Shown: positions 53,731-64,000 of the stretch, one piece after another
Numbering within the stretch: the stretch's first letter is position 1
Layout of the letters: every line of letters begins with the position of its first letter
Assembly: GCA_964016885.1 (NCBI GenBank)
Contig: OZ024741.1
Coordinates: 10,044,001-10,108,000, forward strand
Direction: 5' to 3'
DNA length: 64,000 nucleotides
Source of the DNA: Eledone cirrhosa
Lineage: Eukaryota
Notes under the pieces: generated by a model
What the model was told of the DNA's origin: nothing
Databases searched by the model: none
The model's input: only the letters and a program-made list of their open reading frames with translations
Position numbers and translations under genes: made by a program

Positions 53731-53995
53731 TTCTTCTTCTTCGCCGACTTGTCCCTGTGAGGGTCGTTGGGGCTGAGTCCTGAAACATTGCTTTCAGCGG
53801 GTTCTGTCAGGAGTAACCGTCTCCAAATGATCTGGCTGGAACTCCAAGCGTGACCAGCCAAGCTCATGGATGTTATTCAACCCTCTTGCTCGGGGTCTAC
53901 CCCTGGCACTCCTGTTGGTTGCTTTTATCCGTAAAATCTGTCCAACGATCCTCTCATGAGACATTCTAACCAGATGTCTATAGTGTGTTATATGA
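53731..53995 (-). mobile_element. 3' fragment of an RTE-like LINE with a (GAA)n tail
   Basis: HLVRMSHERIVGQIL...RGRPR C-terminal motif; TTCTTCTTCTTC tail at 53731. Confidence 0.6.
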
Positions 53996-54312
53996 TACAA
54001 CAGGTATTCTGCTACTCAGTACAATATAGGAGACCAGGAAATACGGAAGCAAGAAGGAGAGGAACCATCAAAACCAATATAGAACCAACAGAGAAGGCAT
54101 CATGATGGCTATGGCCGAAGAATAGTAACCGATGGGCGTGAGTAATAGTTATGCCACTTGGACACAGGCTGATGTTTTGGTCAAGTCGGGTGATCTAGAC
54201 GAAGGTGCTGTATGACCTGAAGTATTCAGGGATTCTAGGACACTACACTTATGATGTGTCCAAAATTTTACTCTCGTGGATGTGTAGGGAATACATTATT
54301 ATGGTACAATGT

Positions 54313-54499
54313 GGTGGATTGGCAGTATCGGTAGAGGGTTGGACGCCATGCTTTCTAACAGAGTTACGTCCCTTTACAGTCTGAGTTCAAATCCCGCCGA
54401 GGTTAACTTTGCCTTTCATCCATAAGGGGTCGATAAAATAAAGTACCAATAATGGACTGGGTAATTGCTGGCCTTGTGCCTAAAGTAGAAACAATTATT
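54313..54499 (+). mobile_element. tRNA-derived SINE copy
   Basis: A-box-like TGGCAGTATCGG, B-box GAGTTCAAATCCC; matches the reverse complement of 16185-16365. Confidence 0.82.
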
Positions 54500-54649
54500 T
54501 TGGTACAATATTTAGCTACATTGATAGATAACCAAATGTGATCCAAATATGTAGGACTAAATATTGGTGATGATGATGAAGGTGGTGTGGTGGTGATGAT
54601 GTCGAACAATATTACGGCGATGATGATGAGGAGAACACCGACGACAAGA

Positions 54650-54696
<47 letters not shown>

Positions 54697-54798
54697 AGCA
54701 ACAACTAATACTACTACAACTACAACTACTACTACTACCACCACCACTACTACAACTACTACTACTACCACCACTACTACTACTACTACTATACCACA

Positions 54799-54830
<32 letters not shown>

Positions 54831-54834
54831 CACA

Positions 54835-54910
<76 letters not shown>
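54650..54910. repeat. (ACT)n microsatellite
   Basis: Seen directly. Confidence 0.95.
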
Positions 54911-55207
54911 TAATGAAATGACATGTCTAGACGCAATAGCGAAATCAAGATGTTGTATTTGAGCCTAGCTAATTAAGAGTCTATTGTAGTATATAGCATT
55001 ATAATAGCCAGACTCTGAGCAATAAATATTACTGGGGTCAGGTTTATTTATTAAGTAACAATATTAACTAAATTGGCTTCTGTCAGAAGCACACTACATC
55101 GTCTACCTCCCTCTCCTCTTTATGTTTCTGTTATACATATGTAACATAGGAATACATATATATAAACACGCAAACACGTAAATACACGCACTTCTACTCA
55201 GACACGC

Positions 55208-55374
<167 letters not shown>

Positions 55375-55632
55375 TGTATGTGTGTATGTGTGACTATATT
55401 TTACAAAAGAAAGCAGTGAAAGCAATCTGTACATTCTTCTGCTATCAATTACAAACGCTGTCCCTCTGTTATTACGGATCAATAAAATTAATTTGGGTCA
55501 ACGTCTTACTGCACCAGCTTTTCCTTATTTTATTACCGCCACTGCAAACACTCGACTAGTATGATGCGCTATCACATTCTACATGTATTGAAAATCACGG
55601 GAACACATTTGTACACACACACACACACACAC

Positions 55633-55702
<70 letters not shown>

Positions 55703-55706
<4 letters not shown>

Positions 55707-55899
55707 CCAGAAAAACCACAAACGCTCCATCTCAATTCTACTTTTGAAAAGCATAAGAACTGTGAAACCGGTAAAGGAAACAAATAAGTATTCTTAAAAA
55801 GACACCAGTTGCATTTTCGATTTCATCTTTTTTCCTTATACTTTCACTCGTGTAGGACATCACTTTTTTTTTTTCATTTAAAAAAAACCTCATTTTCTT
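55703..55899 (+). mobile_element. Solo pseudo-LTR of the PLE 3 family with a U3-A8 hammerhead
   Basis: Aligns with about 32362-32570; ctt TTGAAAA gcat aagaa ctgt GAAA ccgg TA aag; (TA)n flanks. Confidence 0.82.
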
Positions 55900-55927
<28 letters not shown>

Positions 55928-55934
<7 letters not shown>

Positions 55935-56404
55935 TATGTATACGTACATACATATATGTGTACAGACGCACAGTAGTATGTATATATATACATACATGCA
56001 CACATATATATATGTACGTATAGTTTTATCGAACATTTATTATAATGTTCGGTTTGTCTGTAAACAAACAGCCCGAATTACGCCGTACAGTGTTCGGCAA
56101 CCATCGTCGCCCTTTTGTTCATCACTGCCACAGGAACGATGTACTAGTTTCAAGCTTATTAGCTATCGTCAGTATCGTATACCTTTCTGTCAGATGATTG
56201 AACGTCTGGAAGTATATACTTTCCTTATGCATATTAACGGCTGAGCAGCCTAATTTGCATATCGAGTGAGTTAGTCGGCCGGGCATACCAAAAACGATAA
56301 ATGGAAAAGAATGAAACGAAATTTCATTTCTCACTCTTAGTACGGCTGATACCTAAATATAAGTATGTATACGTACATACATATATGTGTACAGACGCAC
56401 AGTA
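55928..56404 (-). mobile_element. 429-bp unit with a 48-bp terminal direct repeat, carrying a hammerhead at 56136-56178(-)
   Basis: 55928-55975 equals 56357-56404; minus strand reads acgata CTGACGA t-agc taataa gct-t GAAA ctag TA catcgt. Confidence 0.65.
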
Positions 56405-56419
56405 TATATATATATATAT

Positions 56420-56612
56420 AAGTGGTTACACAACAGTTAGTTCACCATACCGAGAACAATCGTAATGGTCCATTACGACCTGAGGATCCGCTAAGGAGAA
56501 ACAATTGTTCTCGGTATGGTAAACTAACTGTTGTGTAACCACTTCTACCTAACTTGTCCCATGGACTGAGTGCTCTACCACTGCGGATATTAACTTCCAG
56601 TGTTCTACCACT
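56420..56612 (+). mobile_element. Short fold-back element (arms 56420-56460 and 56504-56544) with a hammerhead core at 56476-56513
   Basis: CTGAGGA tcc gctaa gga GAAA caattg TT; palindromic helix III ACAATTGT; short helix I; TGAGTGCTCT at 56567; (TA)n flanks. Confidence 0.68.
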
Positions 56613-56803
56613 ATATATATATATATCATATGTGTGTGAGTGTGCATATATATACATATATATATTTATACAGTTGTCCACCGGTATCTAGGAACGTAAT
56701 GCCGGTGAAGAATGAAAACCGCGAATATTGGACGTGGTCCATAAAAATGTCTATAAACTTCAAAACATAACGTAAAATAAAGGCCAGCAAATACGGTATA
56801 TTA

Positions 56804-57297
56804 TCTATATATATAAAACTAAGGATGTCTGTCTGTGTGTGTGTGTGTCTGTGAGTTTGAATCGCTAAAACTCGAGAAGTACCCAACCTATTTTTTTCAA
56901 ACTTTACATGTGTATTACTTATGTTTCAGGGAGTGTTATGCACATAAAAATTCAACTTTTTGATCCCCTTGGTCCCGCATTAGGTGAAAAACTGCACTTG
57001 TTCAGCTTTTTAGGGCTTTTGTTGAGGCGTTACGTCTAGCCGATTTTCCCGAAATTTCAAGGAATATTATGCACATAAAAAAAATTCATTTTCTTGATCT
57101 CCTAGGGCCCTCATTAGGTGAAAACCTATATTTTTCCTGCTTCATCGAGGAAAATCTTAAAGATTATCCAGTCATCAGAGTATTCGGTTTATTTTCTTTA
57201 CATATTGTCCAGGCATGCTGTTTTTCCACGATTAGGTCTGTTGGCGGCCCGCGTTCCAAAATACCTTATCCCGTGCAACGCCGGGTACCACTGCTAG
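56804..57297 (+). mobile_element. Non-autonomous Helitron
   Basis: A|TCTATATATATAAAA 5' end, subterminal hairpin CCCGTGCAACGCCGGG, CTAG|T 3' end, no target-site duplication. Confidence 0.75.
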
Positions 57298-57584
57298 TTA
57301 TTAATAATTTAGCGTTAAAAAGCGTTAAAAAATGTATATGTATATATATATATATATATACGAACATTTCTAAATTGAAATATCTACCTAGTTTTGACTA
57401 AACAAGATGCTGAGAAGCTCGATGTGCTGTTATATCAAATATATCAAGGTCAGGTTTGGCAGGTAAGATCCAAAAGTTTGGAAAGTAACCGGCATCACAG
57501 AGCATTGATATATATGTAAAGGAAAACCAAAGGCGTGTTGGAATTTAAAGCATATTTTTTTAATACTAGGTACACTTCAGTGAT

Positions 57585-57910
57585 ATGGCAGCGAATTGTC
57601 AGAGTCGTTAAAATATCGGATAGAATGCTTTGTGGTATTCGTTCTGTCTCTCTTTCTCGGTGTTCGAATCCCACCGAGGTCAACTTTTCCTTTCATCCTT
57701 TCGAGGTCGATAAAAAAGGTACCAGTCAAGTACTTGGATCGATTCTTCCCCTATATCTCTTTCTCATTTCCTGTCTCACTTTCTATCTTTGTCTGGAAGA
57801 AACTGTTGTACTCAAGCCTGGAGAGGGATGGACTCTGCCAGGCTTTAAATGCCAAAGAAACGCCGCACTAACGTACGGTGCCCCTACGACTCTATCAGAT
57901 GCTACGGGAC
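57585..57910 (+). mobile_element. tRNA-derived SINE with an extended 3' domain; inverted copy of that domain at 58012-58092
   Basis: TGGCAGCGAATTG..GTTCGAATCCCACCGAGG..GGACTCTGCCAGGC..GCCCCTACGACTCTATCAG. Confidence 0.72.
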
Positions 57911-58289
57911 CATACATACGTTTCAGTGACAAATGTCAGGAATGTATAATCTGTCATTTCGATTAATCAATTAATTTCCCTCATCCCAAGATTTGTTTTT
58001 GTTTTGTTTTATCCCGTAACTCCTGATGGAGTCGTAGGGGCATCGTATTTAACATTTTTTAAGCCTGGCAGAGCCGAACCCTCCCTCAGCCCTTCGTCGA
58101 GATTAATAAAGGTAAAAAAAAGTCTCTTAATAATAAAATTAAAATTTAACTGTAAATAAGTTATTACTGTTACCAGTCGAGACACACTCAGAAACCATCC
58201 TAAACCGAACGCCAAACTGTACTTGTGAGATGTAACAGCAACAACTCATTTCTAAAAACGTGACATGAGGCATATAAGTAATTACTATG

Positions 58290-60032
58290 GATTGGCAGAA
58301 TCGACAGAGTCGGACCAAATGCTTCGCGGCTTAGAATTACGGCCCTTTACGTTCTCATTTCAAATCTCACCGAGGTTAACTTTGATAACTTTAATTGGTT
58401 TCGGCCAGTATTGGCTCAGGTACTGTCTAACTTAATAGCACCACCTGGTTAGCTTTACCTTTCATTATTACGGGGTTGATAAAATTATACCAGTCTAGTA
58501 CTGGGTCGATTCTTCGTCTATATCTCTTTCTCCTTTCCTCTCTATCACTCTCTATCACTCTCTATCTCTCTCTATCACTCTCTATCACTCTCTATCACTC
58601 TCTATCACTCTCTCTCTCTCTCTATCATTCTCTATCACTCTCTATCTCTCTCTATCACTTTCTATCATTCCCTATCTCTCTCTATCACACCCTTTCACTC
58701 TCTATCATTCTCTATCACTCCCTATCACTATCTATCACTCTCTATCGCTTTATATCACTCTCTATCTTTCACTATCACTCTCTATCATTCTATTTCACTC
58801 TCTATCACTCACTATCATTCTCTATCACTCTCTATCACTCTCTATCATTCTCTATCATTCTCTATCACTCTCTATCGCTCTCTATCATTCTCTATCACTC
58901 TCTATGACTCTCTATCACTCTCTGTCATTCTCTATCACTCTCTATCATTCTCTATCACTCTCTATCACTCTCTATCACTCTCTATCACTCTCTATCATTA
59001 TTTATCATTCTCTATCATTCTCTACCACTCTCTATCACTTTCTATCACTCTCTATCACTCTCTATTATTCTATATCACTCTCTATCACCCTCTATCACTC
59101 TCTATCACTCTCTATCACTCTCTATCATTCTATATCAATCACTATCACTCTTTATCACTCTATATCACTCTCTATCACTCTCTATCACTCTATATCACTC
59201 TCTATCACTCTCTGTCATTCTCTATCACTCTCTATCGCTCTCTATCATTCTCTATCGCTCGTTATCACTCTCTATCACTCTCTATCACTCTCTATCACTC
59301 TCTATCACTCTCTATCATTCTCTATCACTCTATATCACTCTCTATGACTCTCTATCCCTCTCTATCACTCTCTATCACTCTCTATTATTCTCTATCACTC
59401 TCTATCCCTCTCTATCACTCTCTATCATTCTCTATCACTCTCTATCATTCTCTATCACTCTCTATCACTCTCTATCACTCTCTATCCCTCTCTATCACTC
59501 TCTATGACTCTCTATGACTCTCTATGACTCTCTATCACTCTCTATTATTCTCTATCACTCTCTATCACTCTCTATCATTCTCTATCACTCTCTATCATTC
59601 TCTATCACTCTCTATCACTCTATATCACTCTCTATGACTCTCTATCCCTCTCTATCACTCTCTATCACTCTCTATTATTATTTATCGCTCTCTATCACTC
59701 TCTATCATTCTCTATCACTCTCTATCACTCTCTATCATTCTGTATCACTCTCTATCACTCTCTATCACTCTATATCGCTCTCTATGACTCTCTATCACTC
59801 TCTATCACTCTCTATTAATATCTATCTCTCTCTATCACTCTCTATCCTACTCTATCACTCTCTATCCTACTCTATCACTCTCTATCAATCTCTATCACTC
59901 TCTATCTCTCTCTATCACTCTCTGGTGTATTTAGACCCGGAAATGAGATGGACTCTGCTATGTTTCAAAACACCCAAGAAAGGCCGTATGTCAACACGCC
60001 GCCCCCCTAACCCTCGTCAGTAGTTACAGGAT
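58290..60032 (+). mobile_element. Copy of the same extended SINE, interrupted by an expanded 10-bp repeat
   Basis: SINE head 58290-58535; 3' domain resumes at about 59925 (GACCCGGAAATGAGATGGACTCTGC). Confidence 0.65.
58536..59923. repeat. 10-bp minisatellite (TCTATCACTC)n, about 139 copies
   Basis: Seen directly. Confidence 0.97.
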
Positions 60033-60263
60033 CGTAGGAAATTACAAGATCCCCCATAAATAAGTATGAGAAGTAAGACATGTAAATCTACACACATACA
60101 CAACTAAAGCACTTATACCCACATAAAATACATCCCGATAAATATAAAACTATATACACCCACATTAATATACACTGAAACAAAATTAACAAGTATGTTT
60201 AAGTAAGTAACTTAAACCGACAGATAGATAAATACCGACACACACACACACATATATATATAT

Positions 60264-60480
60264 ATAGGAAAAAGTAAAACCCCGACGGCAGAGCTTAAGC
60301 CGTTTCGACGGCTATTTCTGGACTAAATTAAAATTCTAATTTAGTCCAGAAATAGCCGTCGAAACGGCTTGAGCTCTGCCGTCGGGGTCTTACTTTTTCC
60401 TATTTCCCACTCTACTACCCTAAATATTGAGTACTCTGGTGCGTTATGGTCCATCTGGTTCCTTACCACAATTCCTTTGT
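60264..60480 (+). mobile_element. Near-perfect 140-bp palindrome (60264-60403) plus tail, containing the 3' half of a hammerhead
   Basis: ..gccgtc GAAA cggc ttgagctct gccg TC gggg; TGAGTACTCT at 60428; (TA)n flanks. Confidence 0.75.
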
Positions 60481-60665
60481 TATATATATATATATATGAA
60501 AGAAGTTAATACGCCCACAGGTACTAAGTACCCCTGGAAATATATAGGGTGTCTATGATACAAGGGTTGTTCTATGGTAAAAGCAATTGGAATAGGTAAA
60601 TATTTAAATTATATTTTTTTATTTATTTTAAAAAATTGCTTGAAACTTGCTTGCTCCGCTTACCT

Positions 60666-60789
<124 letters not shown>

Positions 60790-61059
60790 AGGGAGTGTGA
60801 CTTGGAGTTACTGTAGGTTCACCCGGGTGAGCACTCAATGTTTAGGTTCACTTCAGTGTCTAGCGAAAATCAGCACCCCTACACCGCTACTCACTACGCC
60901 CGGCACCACCTATCCTCACACCCCACACCCCACATACACTACAGGCAAACAAATCCCTATGAATTAACCCACCAATCAAAACAAATTTCACTGACCGTCA
61001 TAGGCACTTCAGACTTTCTGATACGGCATGTATATTCCATTTTTCCATTACCATTGTAA

Positions 61060-61150
61060 GGGATCTGACGAGCCGCGGATTACAGAGTCGGGATAGATCG
61101 ATACAGATCGAACCTTGAGCTGATCAGTGGCGAAACGTGCGTCACCAGTC
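61060..61150 (+). ncRNA. Hammerhead core with a long helix II; helix I disrupted
   Basis: CTGACGA (61065-61071), gccgc..gtggc, GAAA (61132-61135), cgtgcg TC; near-palindromic helix III; (TA)n follows. Confidence 0.55.
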
Positions 61151-61174
61151 AATATACATATATATATATATATG

Positions 61175-61261
<87 letters not shown>

Positions 61262-61263
<2 letters not shown>

Positions 61264-61505
61264 CCCGTAACCCCTGATGGTGTCGTAGGGGCAGCATATT
61301 GACGTACGGCATTTCAAGGGCATTGTTTTAAACATGGCGGAGGCCGTCTCCTTCCCAGGTCTGAATACAGCAGATTTCTCGCAGGGAAAAGTAGAGAGTC
61401 GAAGAAAGGAAGCGATAAAGAGATATAGAGGAAGAATCGACCCCAGTATTAGACTGGTATGGTATTATCGACCTTAAATGGATGAAAGGCAAAGTTGACC
61501 TCAAC
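61262..61505 (-). mobile_element. Extended SINE copy
   Basis: Reverse complement of 57675-57910-like sequence (GATGAAAGGCAAAGTTGACCTC, GAAGAATCGACCCCAGTA). Confidence 0.7.
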
Positions 61506-62054
61506 CAATATATACTGACTGTAAATAACCCTTGCAAATATAAACCCATGGACAACACAAGTTAAGAGATAATAACAGCTAAATTAACTGAAGCATAAAA
61601 ATGAGGATAGACTAACATACGTATAAAGAAACAACATATAGATAAATGTACATTTAGATATATCATTAGAGGGGTATTATTAGAGAAGTATTTGAGTTAG
61701 AAACAGCTAGAAGTTGACCTATAACGGTCATAGAAGTGTAACAATATGTATTTAATAAACAACCCAGAGGTAAAGAAATAGTTAAACATTAGTTATTAAT
61801 AACCGACTAAGTAGGGTTGAGTTGATGCTGATAGCTCCTATATTATACTTTTATTTCTATTCTCCAATCCGAGGAACTCCTTTACCTTTATTATTCCTGA
61901 CGAGGGAAATTAATTGATTAATCAACATTATTGAATATAGATTACTACCTCTTGCCACCGACACTTACCTAGAATGAAAAAACGAATCTTTTAAATCCCT
62001 GCCAGCCATTGGTTTTCTGACTAGAGGATATTTTACCTGATTTTCTATCTCTGC

Positions 62055-63122
62055 ATACATAGATGCACACATGATGGCTGCAAACTCTGCTAAGAGTATT
62101 GCAATCGCTTGTCAGATTCAGATGTGTGACGCTCGGATATGGCTTTTCAAGTCTGCTAGAGACTTACACTCCCTCACACACTGACGACAACTATGGATCT
62201 CCCTGGCCTGAGGTCCTGCAGCAGGTTGCCCGTGAACCCTCACAACACCGTGTAGATCATAGTTCACTGGTTCTCTTTGAACATGGCTGCGACTGTGGCT
62301 CCTGAGACCAGATTTGCTCAAGCAAATTTTTCCACACTCAGGACACTTCAATTCAATAGAGACAACGATCGTTTCGAGAGATACACCAAGCCATTGCTTA
62401 CGCACACCCCGTTTGATTTTCTCGTGTTCTATGCGTCTATCCTCAAAATTTTGGACCCCATCATTCACCATTCCACGCCAAGTTTCTCTCTCCCAGTCAG
62501 CCATTATCAAACCAGGTTTTTTCAATGAGTCCTTTACACAAACCTTGAATCGAAGCCTTGGCCTATGAGGTGGTCTCTTACCCTCACAAAGCTCGCCATG
62601 CAAGAGTTGTTTTGAGATTCGATCATCCTCCATTCTACAGAGGTGTCCGGTTCATCGCAAACGCCGTTGGTGGAAGTTACTCTCAATGCTCCGGCACTCA
62701 CTTCTCTCAAAGACCTCAACATCACTCACATGCATCTGCCACTTGATACCGAGCACCTTTCTGAGACACTGCTGGTGAAACCGTTCCAGTCTGTGGATAT
62801 GCCGTTTGTAGGCAACCCATGTCTCACATGCATAAAGCAAAGCTGACAGTACATATGCAGCATACACTCTCACCTTGGTCCTCAAATGCACATGTTAGTA
62901 ATGACTGCAAAGCTTGGAGTGTGATGAGCAAGCATGGAGTAGGTAAGTGCAATAACAATGGCCTACTTCTGTTGCAGATGTGCACTGGGATGGATCTTGT
63001 TGTTGGGAACACGCTCTTTCAGCAGAAAGACAAATATAAGACAACTTGGATGCATCCACGTTCCAAGAAGTAACACCTTATTGACTTTGTTTTAACGAGG
63101 AAACGTGATATCAGGGATATCA
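62055..63122 (-). mobile_element. RTE-like LINE remnant: 3' end on minus (62055-62891) joined to an inverted AP-endonuclease fragment on plus (about 62897-63122)
   Basis: TKVRVY..VLSALLYACETW..LERFHQQCLRKVLGIKWQ; RISKQLLHGEL..GKRP..RPRLRFK; C2H2 CPECGKICLSKSGLRSHSRSH; plus strand [30 protein letters not shown]. Confidence 0.88.
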
Positions 63123-63150
63123 CATACATACATGCATACATCCATACATC

Positions 63151-63278
<128 letters not shown>

Positions 63279-63280
63279 TG

Positions 63281-63316
<36 letters not shown>

Positions 63317-63674
63317 CGTAGATAGATATCTTTCTTTATTTGCCATAAGGGCGAACAAAAATGGGATATTACAGGACGTGGCGGTGGGGGTTTTACATAA
63401 AAATCATATAACTTTAACACTAATAAATAACAATAAACTATATATAATAAAATAACAATTGAAATCCCCAATAGGGGGAACGTTACTGCAGGGTTGTTTT
63501 ACACCCCGTGGATAGAACAACCGTCAACACCAGGAACACGTTTTGTAGGTGTTATCGTATTCCCTCGTTTATCTACATACGTAGATAGATAGTTAGTCAC
63601 ATACATACTTGCTTGCATACACACACACACGCACACATACACACACATATATATATATAATAGGCTACAGTATC

Positions 63675-63717
63675 GCGTAATATTCCCTAGCTTGCTTTCC
63701 TCTTCAATGCCCATGTA

Positions 63718-63795
<78 letters not shown>

Positions 63796-63838
63796 TACAT
63801 GGATATTGAAGAGGAAAGCAAGCTAGGGAATATTACGC
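63675..63838. repeat. 46-bp inverted arms enclosing about 72 bp of (AT)n, so the whole unit is a palindrome
   Basis: 63675-63720 against 63793-63838; right arm contains GAAA gcaagc TA ggg, like a hammerhead 3' half. Confidence 0.8.
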
Positions 63839-64000
63839 TATAATAGGTTGGCAGCATATGTAAAAAAGACATGAAGCCATGACAGTTATAATTGACAAGT
63901 TAGTTAAGTGCAGTCTGCTTAGGATCAGACATCGCGCCATTTTGTTTAATATTTTATGGCTAAATTGAACAGCAACTTCAAAGACATAGTTTCATGTCAT

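Noticed and set aside
58536-59923. Resemblance of CTCTATCACT to a tet operator half-site
   Set aside because: Only a half-site in direct tandem, degenerate and embedded in a SINE; coincidence, not vector sequence.
61897-61925. CTGACGA motif (also at 45015)
   Set aside because: No helix II plus GAAA plus NUH arrangement follows.

Overview
AT-rich eukaryotic DNA made almost entirely of repeats. The dense (TA)n/(CA)n tracts and the recurring tRNA-derived SINE suggest an invertebrate, probably an octopus or other cephalopod (inference). I found no intact host gene. The window contains: (1) a 15.7-kb, 46-bp satellite with an internal hairpin and higher-order repeats; (2) three Penelope-like retroelements (PLEs; RT and/or GIY-YIG) of different types, each with an inverted pseudo-LTR; (3) fragments of RTE-like and REL-type LINEs, SINEs, a non-autonomous Helitron, mariner-like and MULE-like remnants; (4) several mini- and microsatellites. 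The main signal the ORF track cannot show is about 20 hand-folded type I hammerhead ribozyme (HHR) motifs from many unrelated families. They sit in non-coding fold-back (palindromic) elements inserted in (TA)n, in PLE pseudo-LTRs, in a 612-bp head-to-tail 2.5-mer and in a 429-bp terminally redundant unit; the last two look like retrozymes. Several have non-canonical cores (U3-A8, CAGA, U3.G8), and many share a downstream self-complementary GAGYRCTC motif. All folds were done by eye and none is tested for activity.
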